Assembly (NCBI GenBank): GCA_943704415.1
Contig: CALSCO010000583.1
Coordinates: 1 to 37,832 of the forward strand
Length of the DNA stretch: 37,832 bases
Direction of reading: 5' to 3'
DNA from: Parvularia atlantis
Lineage: Eukaryota
Positions 11,303 to 21,853 of the stretch are shown here, piece after piece. The stretch's first letter is position 1, and each line of letters opens with the position of its first letter. The notes beneath the pieces are model-generated. The model did not search any database. It had not been told where the DNA came from and saw nothing but the letters and a program-made list of their open reading frames with translations. The translations under genes and the position numbers were made by a program.

Positions 11303-12558
11303 TCACGCGCGGCACACGCGCTCGACCTGCTCAATCGCCGCCCCGCACACGCGGCACGCCACCGGCGCCCGCCCGCGCCCCCGCGCCAGCAGCTGCGGCG
11401 CGATGCACGTGTAGCAGAACGCGTGCCCGCACAACGCGGCGTGCGGCAGGCCCACGGGCTGCGCCCCGCAGATGGGACACGCGTCGGCAGGTCCTGCGGG
11501 AAGATCACCGTCCGCCTCGGCCGCGCCGCCCGCCGCCTCCGTTTTGCCCTTTCAGCACGTGCGCGGGGGTGAGGCGCGCGCGCGCGCGTGCGTGGCCGTG
11601 GCGTGGACCCGCGCGCACCTGGAGGAGGCCCGTCGCGGCGGCGGTCCAAAGGGATATCTGCTGCGACGCGGCCGTCTGCAGGGCCTGCACGTTGATCAAA
11701 GGAAGCACAAACATCAGGAACTCCTGCGTCGGCGTCGTTTGCGGGGTGTGAGCGCGCGTGCGGCGTGCGCATTGGCAGCGAGAGCGAGCAGCGCAAACCG
11801 CGCGATCAAACGCACCGTGAAGCCGTGCCAGACCATCTGGCGGTTCTGGAACTCGTAGCTGATCTGCCGGCTGAGATGCCGCCGCGCGTAGACGAGCCGC
11901 ATCCGCAGCAGCCGGTCGGCCGGCGAGCGGTACCGCCCGTCGTGCAGAAACACGAGAAAGTTGACGAGCACGACCACGCCGTACGCCGCCTCCAACCGCT
12001 GCAGCGCCGTCCAAACGCGCTGCCGCCACCCGCCACCGCCCTCGGCCGCCTCGGCCTCCGCGTCCATCGCCCGCACCAGCCGCCCGTTCAGCCGCCCGAG
12101 CGCGTACGGCACCACCACGTGCAGCACCGCCCACAGCAGCTTTTGCCCGCGCGACGGCGCCACGTCTGCGCGCGCCTCGCGCTCTCAGCCGCCTCACGTG
12201 CGCAGGCACGCATCCTGCACGCGCACACCCTTCACCGCGCTCGACCGCCGCTCGTCGCGGTACCGCAGCCCCAGCAGCTGCAGGCCGTACGTCGCATCGG
12301 CGCGGCCCCACAGCGACAGCACAAACATCGCCAGCTGCAGCACCAGCGTCGTCTCGGGCTCGTACCCGTCCGCGACCGCGGGCTGCCGCAGCGTCAGCAC
12401 ACGCGCACACGTGAGAGCGACGGCGAATGCGCGCGCACCGCGACGAGCTCGAGCACGCCGCGCACCGACGCGCGCAGCATCGACACGAGCTGCCCGTCCA
12501 GCTCGGTCGCGTCGACCTGGCTCACGCGAAGCACGCGCAGCTCCCGCGCCTCCGGCAT
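11303..12558 (-). CDS. PEX2: Peroxin-2 (Pex2/Pex12 N-terminal domain plus C-terminal RING finger); 4 introns
   Basis: LRVSQVDATELD, ATYGLQLLGLRY, LVNFLVFLHDGRYRSPADRLLRMRL, ISYEFQNRQMVWHGFTEFLMFVLPLIN; RING CPIC...CGHAFCYTC...CRVC; TGA 11303-11305. Confidence 0.92.
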
Positions 12559-12573
12559 AACGCGGCAGAGGGG

Positions 12574-12583
12574 AAAAAAAAAA
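12574..12583 (-). terminator. RNA polymerase III oligo-T terminator of the tRNA gene
   Basis: T10 run on the minus strand, 7 nt downstream of the tRNA discriminator base. Confidence 0.85.
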
Positions 12584-12590
12584 GTCGTCC

Positions 12591-12703
12591 TGCCCTGTAT
12601 GTGAATTGAACACATGACCTTCGGTTAGCCAAGGCTATTAAGCCCTGAAGGAGGTCGCATTTTTCGTACGAGACCGACGCTCTGCCAGCTGAGCCAACAG
12701 GGC
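12591..12703 (-). tRNA. tRNA-Thr(CGT) with a 40-nt intron at the canonical 37/38 position (intron 12627-12666)
   Basis: Cloverleaf read directly: acceptor GCCCTGT/ACAGGGC+A, D arm GCTC-AGCTGGCA-GAGC, anticodon stem TCGGT/ACCGA with loop CT-CGT-A^A, variable AGGTC, T arm ATGTG-TTCAATT-CACAT. The mature length is 73 nt. Intron TGCGA can pair with TCGTA. Confidence 0.95.
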
Positions 12704-12965
12704 TTTTACGACGATGGCGAGAAGAGCAAGAGCGGTACAAGTCGGTGCCGCTGCTCGGGACGGCGTCTGCGCTCTCTGGATGCTGCGGTCTCTGCGTGCG
12801 CGTGAGGTGCTCAAAGCTGTGACGCCCTGAACCGTGCCGCCGCCACGCACCCGTTCACCCTCGCCACTGTTCAACGCACGACCGTCGCACACACACACAC
12901 AAACACAAACATCCCCGTGAGGTCTCACCCACCCCCGCGCGGGCGCCGCGCGCGTCGCTGTCCGT

Positions 12966-13604
12966 CTAGGCCGTGGCCGTGAACTGGGTGAGGAACTTGG
13001 GGATGATCTCCTTCAGCTTCTTGTCCGTGTCGTCCGTGATCTTCTCCTCCTTGCGGATGCTCTCGAGCACATCGGCGTGGTTGTTCATCAGGTACGGCAG
13101 CAGCTGCGCCTCAAAGTCGAGGATGCGGTTCTGCTCGAGCTTGTCCAGGTAGCCGCGCACGCCGCAGTACAGGATTGCGACGATGTGCTCGTTCGGCAGC
13201 GGCTTGTACTGCGGCTGCTTCAGCAGCTGTGCGTGGCGCGCGCGGTCGAGGGTGAGCATGGCAACACGCACAAACGCGACGCCGCACCTCAGTCAGGCGC
13301 GAGCCGCGGTTGAGCAGGTACTGCGTCGCGGCGTCGAGGTCCGAGCCAAACTGGGCAAAGGCGGCGACCTCGCGGTACTGGGCGAGCTCGAGCTTGAGCG
13401 AGGCGGCGACCTGCTTCATCGAGCGGGTCTGGGCGGCCGAGCCGACGCGCGACACTGAGAGACCGACGTTGATGGCCGGCCGGACACCCTGCGCGGCGGT
13501 GTGAGGCGCGTGCGCGACGCGGGAGTGAGCGCCGGCGCACCTTGAAGAACAGATCGGCCTCAAGGAAGATCTGGCCGTCCGTGATCGAGATCACGTTCGT
13601 GGGG

Positions 13605-13641
<37 letters not shown>

Positions 13642-15513
13642 CGGGCAGGGCCGTCATCGAGCCGCCCTTGAAGTTGGGGTGGAGCTTGGCGGCGCGCTCG
13701 AGCAGACGCGAGTGCAGGTAGAAGACGTCGCCGGGGTAGGCCTCGCGACCGGGCGGGCCTGAGGAGGGGTGGGCGTGGTGGTTAATGTCTTTGCCGTGAT
13801 TCCGTTCTCGTCATGCGACCCCCAGAAAGAGAGCCTCAGATAAGGTGCTCAAGGAAAGTGAGCGAAAATGCTCTTTTGCTCTTGTCAGGCCTCTAGATTC
13901 CCGTGCGACGGCGGTGATCCGCACGAGAACGCGAACATAACTTCTTCTGACGCGCGAGGAGAGAGGGCGCGCAAAAGCGCCGCCGCACCACCACCAGCCC
14001 AGTCACCACGAGCCCAGCGGGGCGGTACGCACGGCGCAGAAGCAGCGACATCTGGCGGTAGGCGACGGCCTGCTTGGACAGATCGTCGTAGATGATGAGC
14101 GAGTGCATGCCGTTGTCGCGGAAGTACTCGCCCATGGCGGCGCCGGCGTACGGCGCGAGGTACTGCGGCGGGTGCGGCGTCAGCGCACGACCGCGCACCC
14201 GGGCGCGTGTGCACCTGCAGCGGCGCGGCCTCCGACGCCGTGGCGGCGACGACGATCGTGTACTTGAGCGCGTCGTACTCCTGCAGCGTCTGCACAAACT
14301 GCGCGACGGTCGAGCGCTTCTGGCCAATGGCGACGTAGACGCAGAACAGCTTCTTCTTGTCCTCGGTCGACTCGTTGATCTTGCGCTGGTTGAGGATCGT
14401 GTCGAGCGCGATGGCCGTCTTGCCGGTCTGACGGTCGCCGATGATGAGCTGCGGCGCGCGCGCGCGCGCGCGGGGTCAGTCAGGCCGCCTGCGACGATGC
14501 GCGACGGTGTGCCGAGGCGCACCTCGCGCTGGCCGCGGCCGATGGGGACCATTGAGTCGATGGCCTTGAGGCCCGTCTGCATGGGCTCCTTGACCGACTG
14601 GCGCGGGATGATGCCGGGCGCCTTGACCTGCACACGCGTGCGCTTCTCGGCGGCGATCGGGCCCTGCGATCCCTCGCCAGTCAGCGCGCGCCGAGAGGGG
14701 GGAAATAAATGCGCACCTTGCCGTCGATGGGGTTGCCGAGCGCGTCCACGACGCGGCCAAGCAGGCCCGGGCCGACGGGCACGTCGACGATGGCGCCCGT
14801 GCGCTGTTTTCGCGCGTGAGCGATCGGCGGCGGCAGCGGCATACTGCGTACCTTGACCGTGTCGCCCTCGCGGATGAGTGTGTCGTTGCCGAAGATCACC
14901 ACACCGACGTTGTCCGGCTCAAGGTTGAGCGCCATGCCCTGCACGGCCGGCACGGTGAGGCCCAGCCAGGCAAGCGAACGGGGCACGCGCAGACGCACGC
15001 GGATGCCCGACGAGAACTCAACCATCTCCTCGGCCTGGACGTTCTTGAGGCCGTAGACACGCGCGATGCCGTCACCGACCGACAGCACGCGGCCCGTCTC
15101 CTCGATGTTGGCCTCGGAGCTGAGGTTGAGGATGCGGTCCTCGAGGATCGACGAAACCTCGGACGTCGTCGGCGCGCCTGCCGCCCACGTGAGAGAACGG
15201 TCGACGCGCGGCGCGGCGCGCGCGGGTCAACGTACCGGCCTGCGCCTGCGTCGCGGCCGAGCCCGTCGTGAACTTGCGCGTCACGGGCAGCACGGCGGCG
15301 GCGGCGGCGCGCGGGGCGACGGCCTGTCCCCCGTGTGAGCACATGGTGTGCGCCGCGAGGGAAGAGGGAAAAAAAAAAAGGGCCGTCGTGTGTGCCGCGC
15401 GCGCGACCGACGCCGTGCGCGCGCAAGCGAGCAAGATTCTCCACGGGGACGGGTACGCCACGTACCGCGAGGGCGGCGCGGCGCACGGCCGAGGCGCGGA
15501 GGGCGGAGAGCAT
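12966..15513 (-). CDS. ATP5F1A: Mitochondrial F1 ATP synthase alpha subunit, nucleus-encoded with targeting presequence; about 12 introns
   Basis: Arg/Ala-rich presequence [16 protein letters not shown]..., [127 protein letters not shown] 12966-12968. Confidence 0.97.
13783..13977 (-). ncRNA. Candidate intronic structured RNA (H/ACA snoRNA-like) inside the 274-nt ATP synthase alpha intron 13759-14032
   Basis: About 54% GC over 13801-13920, against a much higher-GC background. Stems GTCAG/CTGAC and TTCTCGTGCG/CGCACGGGAA are followed by the H-box-like AGAGCA (13877-13882). There is a perfect 9-bp inverted repeat at 13803-13811/13923-13931 and an ACA at 13786-13788. Confidence 0.55.
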
Positions 15514-15797
15514 GCTGCGCGGCGGGACGAGCTCGCTCGGGCACGGGTGGCCTCGGAAAAGTGCGGAACGGTTTGGAAGGACCGGAGGCCATCATGGCAT
15601 TGCGATCACACAGACACAGATGCGGGTGCGAATGGTGCGCTTGCGGGGCGATGGTGGGGGGGTGAAGGGCGCGGGATAAACGCGGCGGCGGCACGGTACC
15701 CCGTGGTCGCGCTGTCGGCCGACCGGAACAAACACGAGCACGACTACGTAGTGCTTCGGGAAGGTCACGGCAGTTGTTGTTTCGCCAACAAAGTACA

Positions 15798-17462
15798 ATG
15801 ACGCGTCTCCTCTTCGCGGCTGTGGCCCTGCTCTTCGCGGCCTCGCTCGCGGCGGCCGTGTCGCCGGACGACGTGCTCGTGCGCGTGTCGGGCGCGCCGG
15901 GTGCGCTGGTGCGCGATCTGAACGAGCGCTTCGACGTGTGGCGCGCGCTGCGCGAGGACGGCGGCGACGATGTCTTTGGTGCGTCTGGTCGCGTGACCCC
16001 CCCCAGCACAGCGCTCACCCGAAGGGGGCAGACGTGCACGTGCGCGGCCCGCGCGCGGCGCTGCTGAAGGCCGTGTCGGGCGTGGCGGCGGCGCGCGTGG
16101 CGGTGGTGAACGAGCACCTGGCGCGCGACGCGGCGGCCGAGCGTGCGCGCCTGGCCCATCGCCGCCCGCTCGCGCTGGACGAGTGGTTCGAGGAGTACCA
16201 CCCGACAGAGGAGCTGGTCGGGTTCTATCGCAACCTGTCGCAGGTGTACCCGCGCCTGGTCACGTTCGTGCCGTCGGTCGGCCGCACGTGGGAGGGCCGC
16301 GACATTGCCGTGGCGCGGGTCACGTCGGCCGTGGGCGCCAACAAGCCACAGGTCTGGCTCGAGGCCAACATCCACGCCCGCGGTGCGCCCCGTGTGCCAT
16401 GTGTTGCGCGAGAGCTGACGCGTGCACAGAGTGGATCACGTCGGCGTCGCTCCAGTTCTTCTTCAACCAGGTCGTGACGACGTACGGCGTCGACCCGCGC
16501 ATCACGGCCCTGCTCGACACGACCGAGCTCATCTTCGTGCCGATCGTCAACCCGGACGGCCACAGCTTCACGTGGACCAACGACCGCCTGTGGCGCAAGA
16601 ACCGCCGCAACAACGGCGGCAGCTACGGCGTGGACCTGAACCGCAACGCCGACGACAACTGGGGCGGTGCGCGCGGGCGGTGGGTAAGGAAGGGTGCGAG
16701 GTTGCTCAAGTGCGCGCGCACAGGCGAGGGCTCGTCTGGCACGCCCTCGTCCGACACGTACCGCGGCCCGTCGCCCGCCAGGTGCGCGCGCGCGTGTGGG
16801 TGGCGCGCGTGTTGTGTCTCATGGCCCTCCTTGCGCCGCAGCGAGCCCGAGACCCAGGCACTCAACGCGTACTTCCTCGCGCAGCCCAACATCGTCGCCG
16901 CGGTGGACTTGCACAGGCGCGTGGCCCTTGCGTTTATTGCCCCACACGCCAACACGTCCGTCGCAGCTACGGCCAGCTTGTGCTGCGCCCGTACGCATGG
17001 ACGCGCACCGCGCCGCCGGATGATGGCGTGTCCAAGATTGTCGGCGACACGATCCGCGACGAGATCTTCACGGTCCATTCGGTGCGGCCTGCGCTGTTGC
17101 TGCGCGTGTGCGCGCGTTGCTGTGCTCACGACCGCCCGCAGAAGCGCTACACAAGCGGCCTGTGGTATACGACGCTGTACCCGTCGAGCGGCGTGATCAT
17201 GGACTGGTGGCACCAGCAGCCGATGGTCGGCGGCACCGTGCGTCCGCTCGGTACGCGCGTGCAGCCCCCGCGCGCTCGCCTGCCCCGCTCTGCTCACGCA
17301 CACGCGCGCACAGCCTTCACGATCGAGCTGCGCCCGACCACGGCCGTGCCGGGCTTCCAGCTGCCGCCGGACGAGATCATCCCCACGGGCGAGGAGCTCG
17401 CGGCGGGTCTGCTGTACCTCATCGAGTACTCGGTCGCCTCGCCCCTGCCCTGGCGCGCGTGA
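15798..17462 (+). CDS. Secreted zinc carboxypeptidase, M14A (carboxypeptidase A/T-like) with propeptide
   Basis: Signal peptide MTRLLFAAVALLFAASLAAA; zinc motif IHAREW, PIVNPDG, RLWRKNRR, GVDLNRN, DLHSYGQL, catalytic FTIELRP; TGA 17460-17462. Confidence 0.92.
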
Positions 17463-17502
17463 ACTGTGGGTGTCTGGTGTGTTCCCGGCATCAGATCAAA
17501 CG

Positions 17503-20059
17503 ATGTCGTCCACCTCGTCCTCAGACTCGGGCTCGTCCTCGGGCTCGAGCTCAAGCCCAGGGTCATCCACCCCGGGCGGCATGCCGGTCTACGTTGTCAT
17601 CCTCAGCACGCTCGTCGCGCTCGATGTGCTCGCGCCGTGGGTGCTCTCGCTCGGGGTTCGCCCAAAGCGGCCCGATGTGCGCGCATCCACGCCCTTCGCG
17701 CGCCGGCCTTGCCCGCTCACGCGCACACCGCGCCCACGCTCAGCGCGGCCCGGCGCTGTGGGTCGGCAGCGGCTACCTCTGCTTCGTGGCCTTCGCAACG
17801 CCGATGAAGACCTTCGAGGTGCGCGCGTGGCACAACAGCGCTCGTTCGTGCTCAACGCGCGCACAGGACCGCGGCGACCGCCGCCTGTTTATCGCGCAGA
17901 TGGGCCTCACGCTCAGCGCCCAGTTCGAGGTGGCGCTGCAGGTGGTCTTTAGCGGCAGCGCGTTCCAGGGCGAGGCGCGGCGCTTCCGCTTCTTCGTGTT
18001 TATGGCCATCTTCCTGTTCAACGCGCTACTCTTCTGGCCGATCTTCCTCACGAGTGCGCGCGCCCGTGCGCATGCCGCCCACCCGCCTTACGCCCGCGGC
18101 GGCCCAGGCTCGCAGCTGCACCGGCGCGTCGGCCGCGTGTATGGCCTGCTCTATTGCATCGTGCTGCTGTTTTTCTGTGCGTTTTTTGCGCTGCTGCTGC
18201 TGCCGCTGCTGCTGCTGCTGCTCACGCCGTGGGCAGACGTGTACAACGTGTACGACCTGCTCAGCACTGCCGACAGCTTTGGCGTGTACGTCGCCGCCGC
18301 AAACGCACCGTCCATCGTCTGCGGTGCCCGCTCCTCATGCACGTGCACGACCCGTGCTCACGTGCGCGGCAGGCGTGCTCGTCCTCGTCTACTACCTGTA
18401 CCTACTCTTCTGGAAGCGCGAGCCCAAAACAATGAACGGGCCCGACTTTTCTTCCGTGCACGACGCCTACGTCAAGCGGCTGCTGCTGCCCGCCTCGCGC
18501 TTCAACGGTGCGCAACGATCTCGAGTGAGCGCGATGCTCACAGCGCCCGCCGCAGCAGCACCGAGCGCCGTGCCCGTGCCGGTCGAGCCGTGGTGGCGCC
18601 GCCTCGTACGCACGTACCTGTACGACTTTGATGGTGACCGCGAGTTTCGCTTCCCCACGCGCCTCCTGTGCGGCGCCTGTTGTTCATGTACTGCGCGGGC
18701 TGACCTGGGTGTGTGCACCGGCAGCACGGCGTGCCTCATGCTCCTGCTCACCGCGTACCTCCTCACGTCATACCTCGCCCTCGAGCTCTACGACATCCTC
18801 GCCGGTGCGTCCGCTCGCATGTGTGCCCTCGCTCTGCGCCAAACCCCAACCCAGCCTTCTCGGACAACGCGGGCTCGGTCAGCCGCGAAGTCCTGCAGTG
18901 CGTTTGCGCCCGCCGGCACACCAACCATGCACTCATCGCCGCGCAGGTACTTTTACTTTTCGATCATCACCGTCGCCATCGTCTCGCTCGTGATCGCCGC
19001 CTTGCAGGTCGTGCAGGTGCTGCAAGCGTTCAAGAGCCACACCAAGCGCCTGCGCCGAGGTGCGCGCCGCATGCAAGCACGACGGCCCGTGCGCTCACGC
19101 ACCGCGCAGGCGACTACTCGTTCGTGCCTGGCGGCCGCGACGGCCACGGCGTCGACGTCAACGACACGATCCGCTTCATCGGCTTCTCGATCGCCTTTGG
19201 CTTCGTTGGCTACGCGTGGATCTTCGCCGTCATGCAGCTGCTGGTCAGCTTTGTCTACTTTTTCGTCACGAGTGAGACCGTGCGCGACATCATCTACGAC
19301 CTGCTCTTCACGCAGCTCATCTTCGTGCCCTTCCTCTCGGTCTTTGTCTTCAACCAGGCCCAGGTGCGCGTGCGCGTCCTTGCACCGCACTGCTGACCCG
19401 CACGGCGCAGATCTGGCTCGTCCGCCTCGTCTTCCTCGAGAAGGGCGAGCGCTTCGTCGTGCGCCATCGCCAGTGGTTCTCGCACGTCGAGGTACGGGCG
19501 TTGCGCTGCGCTGAGCCGTTTTGCCGTGCTCACGCGCCCGCGCAGTACTTCTCCATGTTTGTGAACGTGCTGCGCGGCCTGTTTGCGTTCTTCTTCTCGC
19601 GCATGTTCCTGCCCATCATCGGCTCAATGCTGCTCAGGCGCGTCGCCCCTCGCACGCCTTGCGCGGCGCTGACCTGGCCGCCGCAGCTTCCGCATGGACA
19701 AGCGCATCCTTCCCGAGGGGCTCGAGTTTCTCGACGGCGGCCAGAGTTCGTACCTGGGCATGCTCCTGGCCGACCACACGCACAACAACCCGATCGTCAC
19801 CGTCGCCGTGCGGCTACTCAAGCCCGAGAGCGAGCGCTACGACCGCGCCGCCGACGGGCCGCAAGAGCACCCCTCGACCGACCCGCTCAAGGCGCCGCTG
19901 CTCGGCTCGCCGGCCGACGAGGAGTCGGCGCCGCTGCTCCTGCCCGTGCCGCGATCGGTGCACGCGCGCCGGCGCCGCAACCGGTGGCACCTCGCCCTCA
20001 CGCTGCTCAACAACCCGGGCCTCGTCTGGCTCCGTCGCCGCACCGCCAGTACCTGTTGA
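17503..20059 (+). CDS. STRA6L: STRA6/STRA6-like (RBP receptor family) multi-pass membrane protein; about 13 introns
   Basis: Many TM segments plus family-type motifs FRFPTRLL, FIGFSIAFGFVGYAW, YFSMFVNVLRGLF, RMDKRILPEGLEFLDGGQSSYLGMLLADHTHNNP and the C-terminal RRRNRWHLALTLLNNPGLVWLRR, which resembles the vertebrate STRA6 RWxLAYTLLxNP motif. Confidence 0.82.
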
Positions 20060-20081
20060 AGTGTAGTTGTCGCGCATACCG

Positions 20082-21803
20082 ATGAGGCGCATTGCCCTTC
20101 TCCTGATCGCGCTCGCGGCGCACGCGGCGCACGCGGCGGCGGGCTACGCCACGTTCCAGTACGTCAGCCACGCGCAGCTGACGGCGCGGCTCGAGGAGAT
20201 CGTGGCCGGCTGCGGCGGGTACGCGGCGCTGAGCAGCATCGGCACGTCGGTGCAGGGGCGGCAGCTCTGGGCCGTGCGCCTCGCGCTCACGACGGCCGCG
20301 GACGACCTGCCTCGCCCGCGCGTCAAGCTCGTCGGCAACATGCACGGCGACGAGGTTGTGGGGCGGATGATGCTGCTCAACCTCGTCGAGCTGCTGTGCG
20401 ACCCGGCCTCGCGCGCCCTGCCCGATGTCGCGCACGTCGTCGACGGCGTCGAGCTGCACGTCGTCCCGTCGATGAACCCGGACGGGCACGAGGCCTCGTT
20501 CAACGGTCGCCTGACCGTGCGCGGGACGTCCCGCCCGACTGGCCCCGCTCACACTTGCCGCCGCCGCAGCGCGAGAACGCCAACGGCGTCGACCTCAACC
20601 GCGACTTCCCCGACCCGGGCAGCAGCCCCGCCAACAGCCCCGACGGCCGCCAGCCCGAGACGGCCGCGATGATGCTCTGGATCAAGAGCAACAACTTCAC
20701 CCTCTCGGCCAACCTCCACGGCGGCGCGATCGTCGCCAACTACCCGTGGGACTCGGTCAAGGGTGCGTGCCGTCCGTCCCCTCCCTCCCCTGCGCTCACT
20801 GCCGCCCCCGCACCTGCGCAGGCCGCCCCACGCCGCACGCGCCCGACGTCGCCGCTTTCCAGTTCCTCGCGCGCACGTACGCCAACAACCACCTGATCAT
20901 GTGGAACGGCACGGCCTGCCGCGGCGACTCGTTCCCCGAGGGCATCGTCGAGGGCTACCGCTGGGTGAGTGCGCGTCCGTCGCGCCTCGCCTGTGCACCG
21001 CCCTGACCGCACACGCGCGCAGTACGACGTCGGCGGCGGCATGCAGGACTTCAACTACCTGTACGCGTCGACGATGGAGATCACGCTCGAGCTCTCGTGC
21101 ATCAAGTGCGCGCCGCTCGCTCGCTATCCCGCGCCTGCTCAGTTCCGTGCGCGCGTGCCGCTAGATGGCCGCCCGAGAGCACCCTGCCGTCGTACTGGCA
21201 GGCCAATCAGAACGTGCGGCTGCACGCGCACACTATCCCGCGTCGCTCACATGCGCGCAGGCCCTGCTACGCTACGTTCAACTTCCGCTGCACATCGGCA
21301 TCCAGGGCACTGTGCTCGACAGCGCCGGCCTGCCCGTGTTTGGCGCGGCCGTCGACGTCGACGGCATCCTCTGGACGGTCTACACCAACCACGACGGCGT
21401 CTTCTGGCGCCTGCTCACGCCCGGCGTGTCCTACACCCTCATCGTGACCGCGCCCGGCAGCGGCGAGACGGCCATCAAGTACGTCGACCTCCCACTCGGC
21501 CTCGAGGCGCCCGTGCGCGTCCTGATCGAGCTGCCGAGCGAGAGCGTCGCGCGCGACCACGTCACCGTCAGCGTCGTCGTCGTGCTCGTCTTCGTGCTCA
21601 TCGCCGTCGGCATCGGCGCCCTCGTCTGGTACCGCCGCCGCCGCGCCCGCCGGTCCGCCGCGCGCAAGGCGAGCTGGGACGTGCCAATGGACCTGCCCGA
21701 CAACGACGGCACCTTTGGCGACGACGACAACGACCTCGACGACGACTTTGTCCACAGCTTTGGCAGTGCAGAGCGAGACGACAACACCCTACTCAGTCGC
21801 TGA
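20082..21803 (+). CDS. Type I membrane zinc carboxypeptidase, M14B (carboxypeptidase D/E/M-like, single domain)
   Basis: Signal peptide; [77 protein letters not shown]; transthyretin-like domain GIQGTVLD...[12 protein letters not shown] helix; acidic cytosolic tail ending in LL. Confidence 0.92.
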
Positions 21804-21853
21804 CCCGTGTGTGTCTGTAAGTGCTGCTTGCTCGCTGTGACAAAACTCGGCTT

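Noticed and set aside
8518..11751. 1077-aa plus-strand ORF
   Set aside because: It is a composite of CHK1 exons and introns plus the antisense shadow of the bZIP and PEX2 genes. High GC suppresses stop codons, and poly-Leu/Val simply mirrors the CAG/CAC repeats.
12714..12830. 38-codon plus-strand ORF upstream of the tRNA
   Set aside because: It is short, has no recognisable motif and no intron support, and is expected by chance at this GC content.
13759..14032. TPP riboswitch, hammerhead ribozyme, U3, U14, SRP, RNase P/MRP, U4atac/U12 or telomerase identity for the intronic RNA
   Set aside because: Only fragmentary resemblances are present (CTGAG, plus-strand CTGAGGA...AGAAA, CTTTCTGGGGGT). 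Required cores such as CGAAA, box C UGAUGA, P4 motifs, an Sm site or a template are missing.
12966..15513. NUMT or recent organelle-to-nucleus transfer of atp1
   Set aside because: The gene has nuclear GC-rich codon usage, many spliceosomal introns and a targeting presequence, so it is a long-established nuclear gene.
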